Source: a virus
Length of the DNA stretch: 64,000 bases
IMG/VR virus record: IMGVR_UViG_3300050020_000030
Location: 1 to 64,000 of that record
Reading direction: 5' to 3' (one strand)
In this document: positions 25,205 to 34,259 of the stretch, in pieces
Position numbering within the stretch: position 1 is the stretch's first letter
How the letters are laid out: each line of letters begins with the position of its first letter
Notes under the pieces: generated by a model
Databases searched by the model: none
Seen by the model: the letters and a program-made list of their open reading frames with translations, nothing else
What the model was told of the DNA's origin: nothing
Position numbers and translations under genes: made by a program

Positions 25205-25957
25205 ATGTACGATATTTACGAATATACGAATCTAATTAATAACAAGAAGTATGTCGGGCAGAGTATAGATAAAGATACCCGGAGACGGCAGCACTTATAC
25301 GAGGCTAAAAGGGGTTCTACCTGTCCCTTTCATCGTGCCATAAGAAAATACGGAATAGATAACTTCTCTTTTAGAATTATTGAATCTGTAGATACTCAAA
25401 AAGGCGCTGACGATCAAGAAGACTTTTGGATAAACGAACTAGACACGCGAAGCCGGGATCGAGGATATAATCTCAGGGGTGGGGGGATAGCAGGTCTCTT
25501 AGCTGAAGAGAGTAAGCAAAAAATCAGTAATTCTCTTACTGAGTACTACTCCGATGAAAAGAACCGCGAAACTATTAGGGATTCCTTGAAGAATTACTAT
25601 GAGCAGAACCCGGATCGTGTAGAGAAGATACGGGAGGAGTCCAGAGAGAATATAAAGGAAAGAAAGAGAAATGACTTGGGTCAACTTCTTCCGTCTTCGG
25701 GTGTTCCCGTTCCCGAGAAGACTCCAGAGGAGAAAAAAGCTATTAATAAAAGAAAAAGCGAAATGATGCTTTCCAAGTCTCCCGAAGAAAAGGCTCGGAT
25801 CAGCAAGAAGTTAAGTGATGCCCAGAAAGCCAGATATGCTGCTATGACCCCGGAAGAAAAAGAAGCCTTTTGTAAAAGAAAACGAGAGATTTCAGTTGCA
25901 TATCACGCCAAAAAGAAATCAGGAATCCAATGCACAGTAGCCCAAGAAAATTCGTAA
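25205..25957 (+). CDS. GIY-YIG homing endonuclease with NUMOD-like repeats
   Basis: IYEYTNLINNKKYVGQS..R..H..AIRKYG..GYNLRGGG. Confidence 0.9.
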   Translation: MYDIYEYTNLINNKKYVGQSIDKDTRRRQHLYEAKRGSTCPFHRAIRKYGIDNFSFRIIESVDTQKGADDQEDFWINELDTRSRDRGYNLRGGGIAGLLAEESKQKISNSLTEYYSDEKNRETIRDSLKNYYEQNPDRVEKIREESRENIKERKRNDLGQLLPSSGVPVPEKTPEEKKAINKRKSEMMLSKSPEEKARISKKLSDAQKARYAAMTPEEKEAFCKRKREISVAYHAKKKSGIQCTVAQENS

Positions 25958-26124
25958 TATATACGGAGGCTTCCGTTTCTGATCCAGCCTTCGTTGTTGT
26001 AGCGGAGGAAATTTTTCCAGATAAAAGTCCAGTCCGTTATAGCGATTTCAGCGTTTTGAAATCCATCATTGCTCAAGTAGAAGGAACTCCCGGATACAAC
26101 ACCGGGGTGTATTTTAGGAACTAA
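25930..26124 (+). CDS. hypothetical protein
   Basis: AGGA RBS; fills gap. Confidence 0.45.
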   Translation: MHSSPRKFVIYTEASVSDPAFVVVAEEIFPDKSPVRYSDFSVLKSIIAQVEGTPGYNTGVYFRN

Positions 26125-26134
26125 AAGGAAACCC

Positions 26135-26278
26135 ATGCCTGACGAAAAAGTTGTAGTTCCCGCAGTGGCTCCGGTTGTAGCGGCTCCCGCCGTTCCCGCC
26201 CCTGAAAAATATGTCACCCTCGAAAAGTTTGCAAAACTGGTAACTCTACTTGCCGATCATGGCATTCATCTGAAGTAG
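26135..26278 (+). CDS. small Pro/Ala/Val-rich protein (47 aa, not in ORF track)
   Basis: AAGGA RBS; MPDEKVVVPAVAPVVAAP.. Confidence 0.65.
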   Translation: MPDEKVVVPAVAPVVAAPAVPAPEKYVTLEKFAKLVTLLADHGIHLK

Positions 26279-26455
26279 GGCGGTTTCTAGCGGGATTCGA
26301 CAGGGCCTATCCTTGGCCGGTGACTCCCTGAAGATTGTTTGGTCTCGCAAATACATTCCAAGGCTACCGTAGGCACACCGCCTACTATTCCGGAAAATGG
26401 ACTAGCGGGCCAAGACCTTTCAAGACCTCCCGCAAAATTACTCCCCGCCCCTTCA
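26271..26455 (+). ncRNA. candidate multi-stem structured RNA
   Basis: Closing stem TGAAG..GGGCGG/CCGCCC.CTTCA; internal stems GCGGGAT/GTCTCGC, CAGGG/CCCTG, GTAGGC/GCCTAC, GCGGG/CCCGC; possible pseudoknot CCTTGG/CCAAGG. Confidence 0.5.
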
Positions 26456-26470
26456 ATTTCTTGGAGACCA

Positions 26471-26662
26471 ATGAAAAAGATTTTTATACTGTGCTTCCTT
26501 GCGCTGATCCTCGCCTGTGGGATTAAGGCTAACGCTACCACCTACTGTGTCCACTATACCAAGTGGACTATCGGTTTGGATGGAGTAGACGTGTACCTTA
26601 TGGCGCAGTGCTCCGTTAATGGCATTTGGCAAGACCCTTATGCCATCGCTCAAATCTACTAA
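26471..26662 (+). CDS. small secreted protein
   Basis: GGAG RBS; MKKIFILCFLALILACGIKANA signal peptide; Cys pair. Confidence 0.65.
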   Translation: MKKIFILCFLALILACGIKANATTYCVHYTKWTIGLDGVDVYLMAQCSVNGIWQDPYAIAQIY

Positions 26663-26672
26663 GAGGTAATAT

Positions 26673-27068
26673 ATGTCCGTTACTGCCCAAGCTGTAGGTT
26701 CCGTAAAACTCACAAATAACTTAACGGGCGCGAACTCGTTCACAACTCCTCTTAACCTCGCTTACGCCGGGACGCTCTCCTCGTATGCTCAGGGATTTGC
26801 TATCGCTTCTACCCCCACGACAATTTCAGTTCCTAATCTGAGCGGGCAGTTTCTGTACATCAAGAACCTCGCATCGATAGCGGGGCAGAATGTTTTGGTC
26901 ACCTGGACGCCACAGGGCGGCTCTACAGAGTCAGCCCTTACTTTGTCCGCAGGAGCCTCGATCATCTTCTGTGAAAGCGATACGACAAACGGGATCACCG
27001 CCCTTTCTCTTACCGCAACAGGAACTACCACCACAGGAACCACCGTCGAATTTCTCTTGGTAGGATAA
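26673..27068 (+). CDS. putative virion structural protein
   Basis: T/S-rich beta protein, FLYIKN motif. Confidence 0.6.
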   Translation: MSVTAQAVGSVKLTNNLTGANSFTTPLNLAYAGTLSSYAQGFAIASTPTTISVPNLSGQFLYIKNLASIAGQNVLVTWTPQGGSTESALTLSAGASIIFCESDTTNGITALSLTATGTTTTGTTVEFLLVG

Positions 27069-27070
27069 TT

Positions 27071-27685
27071 TTGGACATCCCGGTGCTCTACCTAATCCGT
27101 CACGGACAAACGAAGCCCAACGCCGCCAACCAGTTTCGTGGGGATTCCGATGTCCCTCTGACCCCAAAAGGTCGTAAAGACGCTGAGGACGTTGCCGAAT
27201 TCCTAAAGGGAATCGAGCCTAGCTTTATTATATCATCGGACAGGTCCCGAGCGATAGAAACTACGCAAATTCTTCAGAAATATTTTGATGCTCCCGTACA
27301 TACGTCCCCCGAACTTCGAGCATGGGATGTGGGGGAATTTACCGGAAAGCCCCGCAATAAAGAAAACTTGGCGGAGATTCAGAAGTATATAGATGATCCT
27401 TGTCTCACCGTTCCGGGCGGGGAATCTTTAGCAGAATTTGCATCGCGGACTATGCCCGCGATTGATGAGTGTTTTCAACTAGCCAACTGCCACGGAGTGG
27501 GGTTCGTCGTCGCACACAGTTCGGTAATCCATCAACTGGGTTCTGATCTGTTAGGAAGCCACACGGCCCTAGTGGTAGACCCCGGTGGGGTTGTTCTGGT
27601 AGGACTATCTGGCGAGGGTTGTTCCGAAGCAGAAGCAATCTTCAAACCAATGGAAAAAGAAGAAAATTCAGAAAGTATCTCGTAA
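27071..27685 (+). CDS. histidine phosphatase (phosphoglycerate mutase family)
   Basis: LIRHGQT, SSDRSRA, GGES, VAHS. Confidence 0.9.
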   Translation: MDIPVLYLIRHGQTKPNAANQFRGDSDVPLTPKGRKDAEDVAEFLKGIEPSFIISSDRSRAIETTQILQKYFDAPVHTSPELRAWDVGEFTGKPRNKENLAEIQKYIDDPCLTVPGGESLAEFASRTMPAIDECFQLANCHGVGFVVAHSSVIHQLGSDLLGSHTALVVDPGGVVLVGLSGEGCSEAEAIFKPMEKEENSESIS

Positions 27686-27725
27686 AGTAGTTCATAGTCG
27701 GTCTGACCGAATAAGGAGAAACATC

Positions 27726-28436
27726 TTGGCAAATTTTGATACAATCGATGCACACGTAGGTGGCACAGGCCGCGAACAAATCAATGTTCTTACCCTTACC
27801 TCCGCAACTGAAACCCTTCTCTTGATGGGTACTGACACTTCCGGTACGACGGTCACCGCCGTTCTTGGAGTTCCCACAGGATCACGTACTGACGCCTCGG
27901 GACATACTCTTCTGTATGGTGCGGGTGCTCCCGTCGAGTTTAACCAGAATGGGGCAGTTAGCTCCCAGAGCAAGGGCCGCAAGGCTTCTGTGTTTACCGC
28001 GTCCCCGAATTTCTCTGTCAGTACGTTTGACTCTGGTCGTCCGTTCCGGATCAGACTTTTTGGGACCGCCTCGGTAGCCGCAGTTACTGTTACTACGGTA
28101 ACTAACTCAATCGTGGTGGCAATTTATCAGGGAACTGCAATCGTGGCTACTCGTCAGGTTTCTATCCTTACAGCGGGCGGAAGCTCTACTAGCACGACCG
28201 CTGCCGCAGTGGGTCAGTTCTTCTTGGATACCACCGTGCAGTGGGACTCGGTAAATCAGGTTCTTGGTGGCTGGTACGGCGGAAACGCTCTTAACACCCT
28301 CACCGCGTTTCACGCGCTGGGTAACGCCGTGTCGGTTACTACGGCCAACAACCTTCAGTTCTGTGCGTCGGCTACCTTCGGTCACGCAGAGGGTGGTACG
28401 GTCACGGTTTCTGAATTCTCGATTGAACAGGTTTGA
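27726..28436 (+). CDS. putative virion decoration/structural protein, paralog of ORF 6631
   Basis: AGGAG RBS, TTG start; shared motifs with 6631. Confidence 0.65.
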   Translation: MANFDTIDAHVGGTGREQINVLTLTSATETLLLMGTDTSGTTVTAVLGVPTGSRTDASGHTLLYGAGAPVEFNQNGAVSSQSKGRKASVFTASPNFSVSTFDSGRPFRIRLFGTASVAAVTVTTVTNSIVVAIYQGTAIVATRQVSILTAGGSSTSTTAAAVGQFFLDTTVQWDSVNQVLGGWYGGNALNTLTAFHALGNAVSVTTANNLQFCASATFGHAEGGTVTVSEFSIEQV

Positions 28437-28525
28437 TGACTTTAGTAATTACTTTTGATTACTTTAATCTGAACAGTTCTCATAAAAGAGTATCATTATA
28501 CCGGAATTTGTGATATAATGGTATA

Positions 28526-29272
28526 ATGAGTAAAATTAAAGATTTGACTAATCAAAAGTTCGGGAAGCTGACGGCAATAAAAAGAATAGGGGCTACGAAG
28601 CAGGGGGCTTCCCTGTGGTTGTGTAAATGCGACTGCGGGGAAACTTCCGAGGTTCGGGCAGCAAGCCTCCTTAACAAATCCACGCAGAGTTGTGGATGTT
28701 CTAAAGTAGAAAACGCCAAGAAGAGGATTCTTGACCTTACCGGACAAAAGTTTGGAAGACTCCTAGTAACAGGACCCACCGATAAACGAGTTACCGGAAG
28801 AATCTGTTGGGAATGCCTATGTGACTGTGGGAAAACAAAAGCAGTTATCTCTAACAACTTGGTACGAGGTATCGCTACGAGTTGCGGGTGCTATAATTTA
28901 GAACTTATACGAGGAAACAAATTTGCCTCCACTCTGGAGTCTGGGGTGAAATATCTTTTAGAAATATACAGAAGTAATGCTCAGACGAAAGACCGGAGCT
29001 TTTGCCTCTCTTTTGAGGAGTTTAAAAATTTAACCTCATCTCCGTGCCATTATTGTGGGTCTATGCCCTCAAAGGTGGCTAAAAGTAGAAAAGCCCGCAT
29101 TCCATATACGTACAACGGGATAGACCGGAAAAACAACGATGTTGGGTACGAAATAGATAATTGTCTTCCCTGTTGTTCGTTCTGTAACCATGCTAAGCAC
29201 ATTTTATCCTATGAAGATTTCCTATCTTGGATTCAACGTTTAGTTCAATTTAACCTTCATCGAGGCAACTGA
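28526..29272 (+). CDS. HNH homing endonuclease
   Basis: Two DLTxQKFGxL..W.C.CDCG..SCGC repeats; CHYCG..GIDRKNN..GY..NC.PCC..CN. Confidence 0.88.
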   Translation: MSKIKDLTNQKFGKLTAIKRIGATKQGASLWLCKCDCGETSEVRAASLLNKSTQSCGCSKVENAKKRILDLTGQKFGRLLVTGPTDKRVTGRICWECLCDCGKTKAVISNNLVRGIATSCGCYNLELIRGNKFASTLESGVKYLLEIYRSNAQTKDRSFCLSFEEFKNLTSSPCHYCGSMPSKVAKSRKARIPYTYNGIDRKNNDVGYEIDNCLPCCSFCNHAKHILSYEDFLSWIQRLVQFNLHRGN

Positions 29273-29916
29273 TGACTGACGATCCGTATGTAAAGCCTTC
29301 ACACAACCTTCTGTTCTCTCCCACTCTTTGTGGTAAAGAATGCCAAGCCTGCCGCCGCGTTCTTCCATACTCAATTTTTCCGACCGATAGTTCTATCAGG
29401 GATGGAAGGGCACTTATTTGTCCAAAATGTAAAGCTACTCCAAGGCTTTCTACAGCCGAGAATGCGTCTCGGGTGCGGGAGGCCAATTTTTCTTCAGACG
29501 CAGTAAGGAAACAGCGTCGAGAGAATGAGGAAGATTTTTTGGACAGGGACCCCCGAGGCCGGGTAATGTACCTCGGGGATTTTGTTCACAAGCTTGAACA
29601 AGCCGGGGTCGTAATTATTGTGGGCGAGGCCCACTTTGCTCAAGAGGTTAGTCTGTACGTTTTTGATCTTCGGCATCCCCCCACAAACGCCTTCTATGTA
29701 GGTTGGCTCCCAACGGGGTTGATTCAAGAATTCTCCGAGTACGAGTACAATAAGTACTCTATTCCCCAGTGGGAAACCGTTCACGGTTACCGGGGAGTTC
29801 TGAAAAATCTTATCAGCAACGGATACCTTACTGAAGATAAGTGTAGCAAAACCTTCGGGCCTTGCGATGAAAAAGTATGGGTCAAGGAAATGTTCGGGAT
29901 TCGTAACAAGCAGTAA
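29272..29916 (+). CDS. hypothetical Zn-finger protein
   Basis: CQAC..CPKC; coupled. Confidence 0.65.
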   Translation: MTDDPYVKPSHNLLFSPTLCGKECQACRRVLPYSIFPTDSSIRDGRALICPKCKATPRLSTAENASRVREANFSSDAVRKQRRENEEDFLDRDPRGRVMYLGDFVHKLEQAGVVIIVGEAHFAQEVSLYVFDLRHPPTNAFYVGWLPTGLIQEFSEYEYNKYSIPQWETVHGYRGVLKNLISNGYLTEDKCSKTFGPCDEKVWVKEMFGIRNKQ

Positions 29917-29942
29917 GCGAGTAAATCGCGCCAATAAGGTGT

Positions 29943-29990
29943 ATTATATTGCACGTTAAGTGCCTTAACGTACATTATATTGCACGTTAA
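29943..29990. repeat. 17-bp direct repeat ATTATATTGCACGTTAA
   Basis: Copies at 29943-29959 and 29974-29990. Confidence 0.85.
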
Positions 29991-30042
29991 CTGATTTGTT
30001 GTATAAGGAAACGGGGTATTCCGTTTTCCGGAAAAGAGATAT

Positions 30043-30636
30043 ATGGCTAAGGAAACTACTACAAACGTCGATACAAACGCCCCGGTTACTTTGTCCGTCG
30101 CGGACCTTCTGACGGTAATTGCTAAGATTCAGGCGGATAATGCCGAAGCTTTGGCTAAGTCCGGGGAGCGGAACGCGGAAGTTTTGTCCTCCTCACTAGA
30201 GAAGTTGAGTCCAAGCTACAAGACTCCGGGCCAGAAGCAGAACGAGCAGCAGCTTAAGCAGGCTTCCCGTGAGGGCGAGCTAAACAAGATTCGCATGAAG
30301 AAGCGTCAACAGCACTTCTGCGATCATGAGATTGGTCAGACTGGTCGGAAGCGACTGGGCGAGGGCGCGTTCTTCCCCATGAAGATGGCTACCGGAGAAG
30401 TGATTGCCGTTTGCTGCTACTGCCAGAAAGTCATTTCCAGTATCAACCCCAAGCATGAGAAGTTCTGGAAGAAGGTCGGCGGAACGATGGGCGAGGCCGG
30501 TCAGATTTCCGGGCTTAACGATCCTATCGAGGCTGCTCTCCAGAGGCTTACTGGTGACGAGCAGGATGCCGTTCGCAAGTCCCGGCTGGAGTATAGGAAG
30601 ATCGTTCCTACGGAAATCGATAACTACGACGACTAA
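30043..30636 (+). CDS. hypothetical protein (CxH...CxxC)
   Basis: Long ORF in late region. Confidence 0.7.
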   Translation: MAKETTTNVDTNAPVTLSVADLLTVIAKIQADNAEALAKSGERNAEVLSSSLEKLSPSYKTPGQKQNEQQLKQASREGELNKIRMKKRQQHFCDHEIGQTGRKRLGEGAFFPMKMATGEVIAVCCYCQKVISSINPKHEKFWKKVGGTMGEAGQISGLNDPIEAALQRLTGDEQDAVRKSRLEYRKIVPTEIDNYDD

Positions 30637-30659
30637 TACTACAAGTAATTTGAGGTACT

Positions 30660-31394
30660 ATGCCAAGTACGATTCCGCTGTCCAAAACGATAGAGTATGC
30701 TAGACGATTCATATACAATTCCCCCCTTCTGTTTACTAATGAAGGTACGTTGGCGTTCTCTATCGCGGACGATGTTCGACAGTTTATTCTCTCTCCTCCT
30801 TTTTGCTGGAGATGGAATCGTGGAACCGTAGCTCCTATTACCTGTCAAGCCGGTCAAACGGATTATCAGGTAAACCTCCCAGATTTTGGGTGGATCGAAA
30901 GAGCTTGGATTACCTTCCCATCAACAGGTATTGACCCTAATCAGCCCCTCCCCACAAAAGAACTTACTGTCAATTCTACCTTGGCTCAGGAAACTGTCCA
31001 AGGCCAGCCCGCGTTCATAAGTGCATTGCTGGATGATAACAATGGTAACATTACCTTTCGGCTTATGGGTACTCCGGATGACGAATATATTCTGAATATT
31101 ATATATCAGAAAGTCCCGCCCAACTTCTCCTCGGTTACTGATACTTGGTACCCGATCCCGGACTATCTATCCTATCTCGTACAAGCCGGTTTTCTCAGTA
31201 AGGCTTACGAATACAAGGGAGACGAACGCCTCGGTTTCTCGTGGCAGCAATTTCTTAAACAGGTAGTCGCAGCCTCGGACGGCTTGACAGAAGCCGAGAA
31301 AAATATTTTCCTCGAACCTAGAATTGCAGCAGCCCGCGAGCAGGGTGCTTTGCAGACGAGTCAGCAAGCCAGAAGCGCACGCGGAGGTGCATAG
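30660..31394 (+). CDS. head-tail adaptor / tail tube A-like protein
   Basis: WRWN..GQTDYQVNLPDFG..PD..Y..Y..PIPD; GAGG RBS. Confidence 0.7.
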   Translation: MPSTIPLSKTIEYARRFIYNSPLLFTNEGTLAFSIADDVRQFILSPPFCWRWNRGTVAPITCQAGQTDYQVNLPDFGWIERAWITFPSTGIDPNQPLPTKELTVNSTLAQETVQGQPAFISALLDDNNGNITFRLMGTPDDEYILNIIYQKVPPNFSSVTDTWYPIPDYLSYLVQAGFLSKAYEYKGDERLGFSWQQFLKQVVAASDGLTEAEKNIFLEPRIAAAREQGALQTSQQARSARGGA

Positions 31395-31675
31395 TGTTTA
31401 AATTTATTTTCGCACATCTCGGAAATCTAGGGACTAGCTTCAAATGGTTTATGACCATGTGCCTCGGAGAAGGCGGAACGATTAGTTTTGGCCGCTCCTT
31501 GAGTGCGTTTTGGAGTCTATATTTTGCTGCTATAGACTGGAATCTATTTGCTAAGTCAGGTCATCTAGTCGATAATGCTACGCTTTTGACACAACTTACT
31601 GTTATTACCACGAGTTACGCGATCACCAAGGCACTGAGAGCAAGCGACGGAGCGAAAGATGATCCTAAAGTTTAA
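31394..31675 (+). CDS. holin-like membrane protein
   Basis: ~93 aa with two hydrophobic segments, ISFGR motif. Confidence 0.45.
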   Translation: MFKFIFAHLGNLGTSFKWFMTMCLGEGGTISFGRSLSAFWSLYFAAIDWNLFAKSGHLVDNATLLTQLTVITTSYAITKALRASDGAKDDPKV

Positions 31676-34259
31676 GTACCTTCTTCCCCTACTGTTAGTA
31701 GCCGCCGCTTTCGGTCAGTCCGGGCAGCGGTCTGGGCAGGCTTTGCTTAAAGGTGGGGGGAATTTTGCGATCATCGCCCCCAGCGCCTCTGTGTATGTGT
31801 GCGTATATAACTCCCAGCTTGCCTGTTCTACCCAAGTAGCTACATGGTCGGACCCCGCTCTTACTGTTCCGGTTTCTCAACCTATTATAGCAGATGTGAA
31901 CGGTGTATATAGCTACTATCTCCCGAGTTCCCAGAGGGTAGTGGAAAAGGTTTGTTCTATACAGAACCAGTGTAGCTCCTACGCGGTAAGTATTCCATAC
32001 GGGGCGAGCGGGTCCTCCGGAGCGGTACTTGCGGTATTCGGGAGATACGGGGCAGTTGTAGCGGGTACTGGGGATTATAGCTTCTCCCAAATATCAAGTA
32101 CACTTCTTCACTCTCAGTTGCCTACTCTCCTTAGTGGGGATATTCCAAACAACATTTCTACCGCTGCGCAGCTAACGTCGGCTTTGGCCGCGTGCGGCTC
32201 GGCAACTTGTTCGTTAACTATCATTGGAAACATTGCAATTGCGTCCAATTTGTCAATCCCTTCTAACGTTAGCCTCACCTTTTCAGGGGGTCAGTTACTA
32301 CCTGGATCAGGTGCTACAGTAACGATTCTTGGAAAGATAACGGACACGTCTTCGCAGATATTCGGTGGTGTAGGTTCTATCGCCGGGTTGACTCTTGATC
32401 GACCTGAGTGGTTCGGAACGGGAGCAACGTGCGTAAGCGGTGCGTGCCCGTCGATTAAGACCGCCATCTCAGCGTTAGGTAGTAACGGGGGTACCGTAAG
32501 ACTGGGCTACGCTTTCTACCGTAGCGGATACGAAGCGGGGACAAACCTGACGCTTCCGAATATCACAGTTCAAGGAGTTCAAGAGCCTGCATTTAATACC
32601 GCTACCCCCACTGCTTTGGTGAACGGATCGATTATTCAAGGTACCTTCGGGGTCGCTGCGGGGGCGAATAACCTCACTATTTCCGGTGTTGGCTTTGATA
32701 CTGGGTCGGCCTTCGTCTCCTCGCAGTATGGAGGTACGTCTTCAGATGCCTTCTCCATCTACGTACCCGGACAAACTACAGGTACAACCCCAATATCAAA
32801 TGTCAATATTAGTAACGCAGCGTGCTTGGTCTCAAGTGCTTCGGCGTTATTCCACTGTTTCTTAGCGGAGAATGTTGTCAACTCCACGTTCCGGGATATC
32901 TCAGGATTTTATGGTGTCCACGGGATGATTATCAAGGGCGTGCACGACACGGCGGACGGACTCTATTTCCACGGTCACAACTACGACTGCTTGATTGTTA
33001 AGTCGGACGACTACGCTCCAACCAGTAATATAACAGTGAGTAATATGCACTGCAATAGCGTGATAGCCGGAGATACGGGAGGCGTAATATTGCAGGCTGA
33101 AACGGCCTCGCTAGCTAACGTGTCTTTAAGCAACTTCGCTATTCAGGGAGCGAACTTCGGTGTTTCTACGATTGTTAGTGCATCTGGGGTCTCTAGGATA
33201 TCAGTTGCAAACGGAACCGTTGACTACGGTGGGCTATCTTCTGCTCCGAGTTCTCAGATGTGTATTGGCGACTCCGGAACAGGAACCTATAATTACTCCA
33301 GCTTTACAAACATAGATTGCAATAACTACCAGTACGCCACGTACTTTCCGACCCGCATGGATGCCTCCATGATCTCAAATCTAACCTCAAATAACTCCGC
33401 ACAGGGCATTTGGCTTAACGGGTCAAACACGGTTATATCTAATGTGTTTGAGGAGGCAGACACGGGGTTCAATTCATCGCTTGTTACCTCAAGTGTAGGT
33501 GGATCGAGTATCTCTGTGCAAAATCTTACCGAGTACGGGGCTTATGGGTACTTATCTATCGTGAGCAACGGTGCGCACATTGCGTTCGGTGATTTACTGG
33601 ACGGAACCGGATTATTTCTCCAGCAGACCATAGAAGTTGGAAGCCCGTACACCGTGCGTGGAGGGACCGGAGCTACTAACGACTTTACCGTACAGGATGC
33701 AACGGGAGTTTATAACAACTGGTTGGTGACAGATGCCGGAATTGGTCATCTACGCGGTGATATGTGGGCCAACAGCTATCTAGTACAAGGGCATATAGCG
33801 ATCCCTGCTACGGCTGGTGGTTATTTAGGTCCGGCAACGGGATATGTCCAGCTTGCCCCCGCTCCTTCGGGTGCTGGCTGTCTCTACCAAAACGGCGCTA
33901 GTACCTATTCATGGGCTACGTGCGGCGGTGTTACGCCGCTGGCGACTCCCGCCTCGGCCATTACAATTTCTCTCCCCCACGGGTACGGAGTTTGTACCGG
34001 GACCTGTACTGTAACGCTACCCGCCCCAACAACAGCGGGGGATGACTTCTGTCTGTGGAACGACGTGGGAGTAAGTACTGCAATTACAATTTCAGGACAT
34101 ACAGGTGTTTTCTTTTCTCAAACTGATTTAAGTGCTTACGGGACAACGGGCGGTACCTTTACTGCCACGGCAGCGGCGGGGAACAAAGTTTGCATGGTGG
34201 CAAGGGATACAACGCACTGGATTCCGCTATCCTATGCAGGAACTTGGACGGCCAATTAG
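31659..34259 (+). CDS. second tailspike/receptor-binding protein with signal peptide
   Basis: Leader ending AAAFG|Q; N-domain homologous to 16528 (VCxYNSQLxCS..QP..AD..VVEKVC..QC.SYAV); PEWFG and beta-helix. Confidence 0.8.
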   Translation: MILKFKYLLPLLLVAAAFGQSGQRSGQALLKGGGNFAIIAPSASVYVCVYNSQLACSTQVATWSDPALTVPVSQPIIADVNGVYSYYLPSSQRVVEKVCSIQNQCSSYAVSIPYGASGSSGAVLAVFGRYGAVVAGTGDYSFSQISSTLLHSQLPTLLSGDIPNNISTAAQLTSALAACGSATCSLTIIGNIAIASNLSIPSNVSLTFSGGQLLPGSGATVTILGKITDTSSQIFGGVGSIAGLTLDRPEWFGTGATCVSGACPSIKTAISALGSNGGTVRLGYAFYRSGYEAGTNLTLPNITVQGVQEPAFNTATPTALVNGSIIQGTFGVAAGANNLTISGVGFDTGSAFVSSQYGGTSSDAFSIYVPGQTTGTTPISNVNISNAACLVSSASALFHCFLAENVVNSTFRDISGFYGVHGMIIKGVHDTADGLYFHGHNYDCLIVKSDDYAPTSNITVSNMHCNSVIAGDTGGVILQAETASLANVSLSNFAIQGANFGVSTIVSASGVSRISVANGTVDYGGLSSAPSSQMCIGDSGTGTYNYSSFTNIDCNNYQYATYFPTRMDASMISNLTSNNSAQGIWLNGSNTVISNVFEEADTGFNSSLVTSSVGGSSISVQNLTEYGAYGYLSIVSNGAHIAFGDLLDGTGLFLQQTIEVGSPYTVRGGTGATNDFTVQDATGVYNNWLVTDAGIGHLRGDMWANSYLVQGHIAIPATAGGYLGPATGYVQLAPAPSGAGCLYQNGASTYSWATCGGVTPLATPASAITISLPHGYGVCTGTCTVTLPAPTTAGDDFCLWNDVGVSTAITISGHTGVFFSQTDLSAYGTTGGTFTATAAAGNKVCMVARDTTHWIPLSYAGTWTAN

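Noticed and set aside
26278-26305. tmRNA-like 5' end (GGGCGG...GGATTCGACAGGG)
   Set aside because: No TPsiC arm, CCA end or tag reading frame downstream; kept only as an unclassified structured RNA.
16528-34259. Diversity-generating retroelement or invertible tail-fibre cassette
   Set aside because: No reverse transcriptase or invertase, and no adenine-specific template/variable repeat pair; similarity between tailspikes is N-terminal and at protein level.
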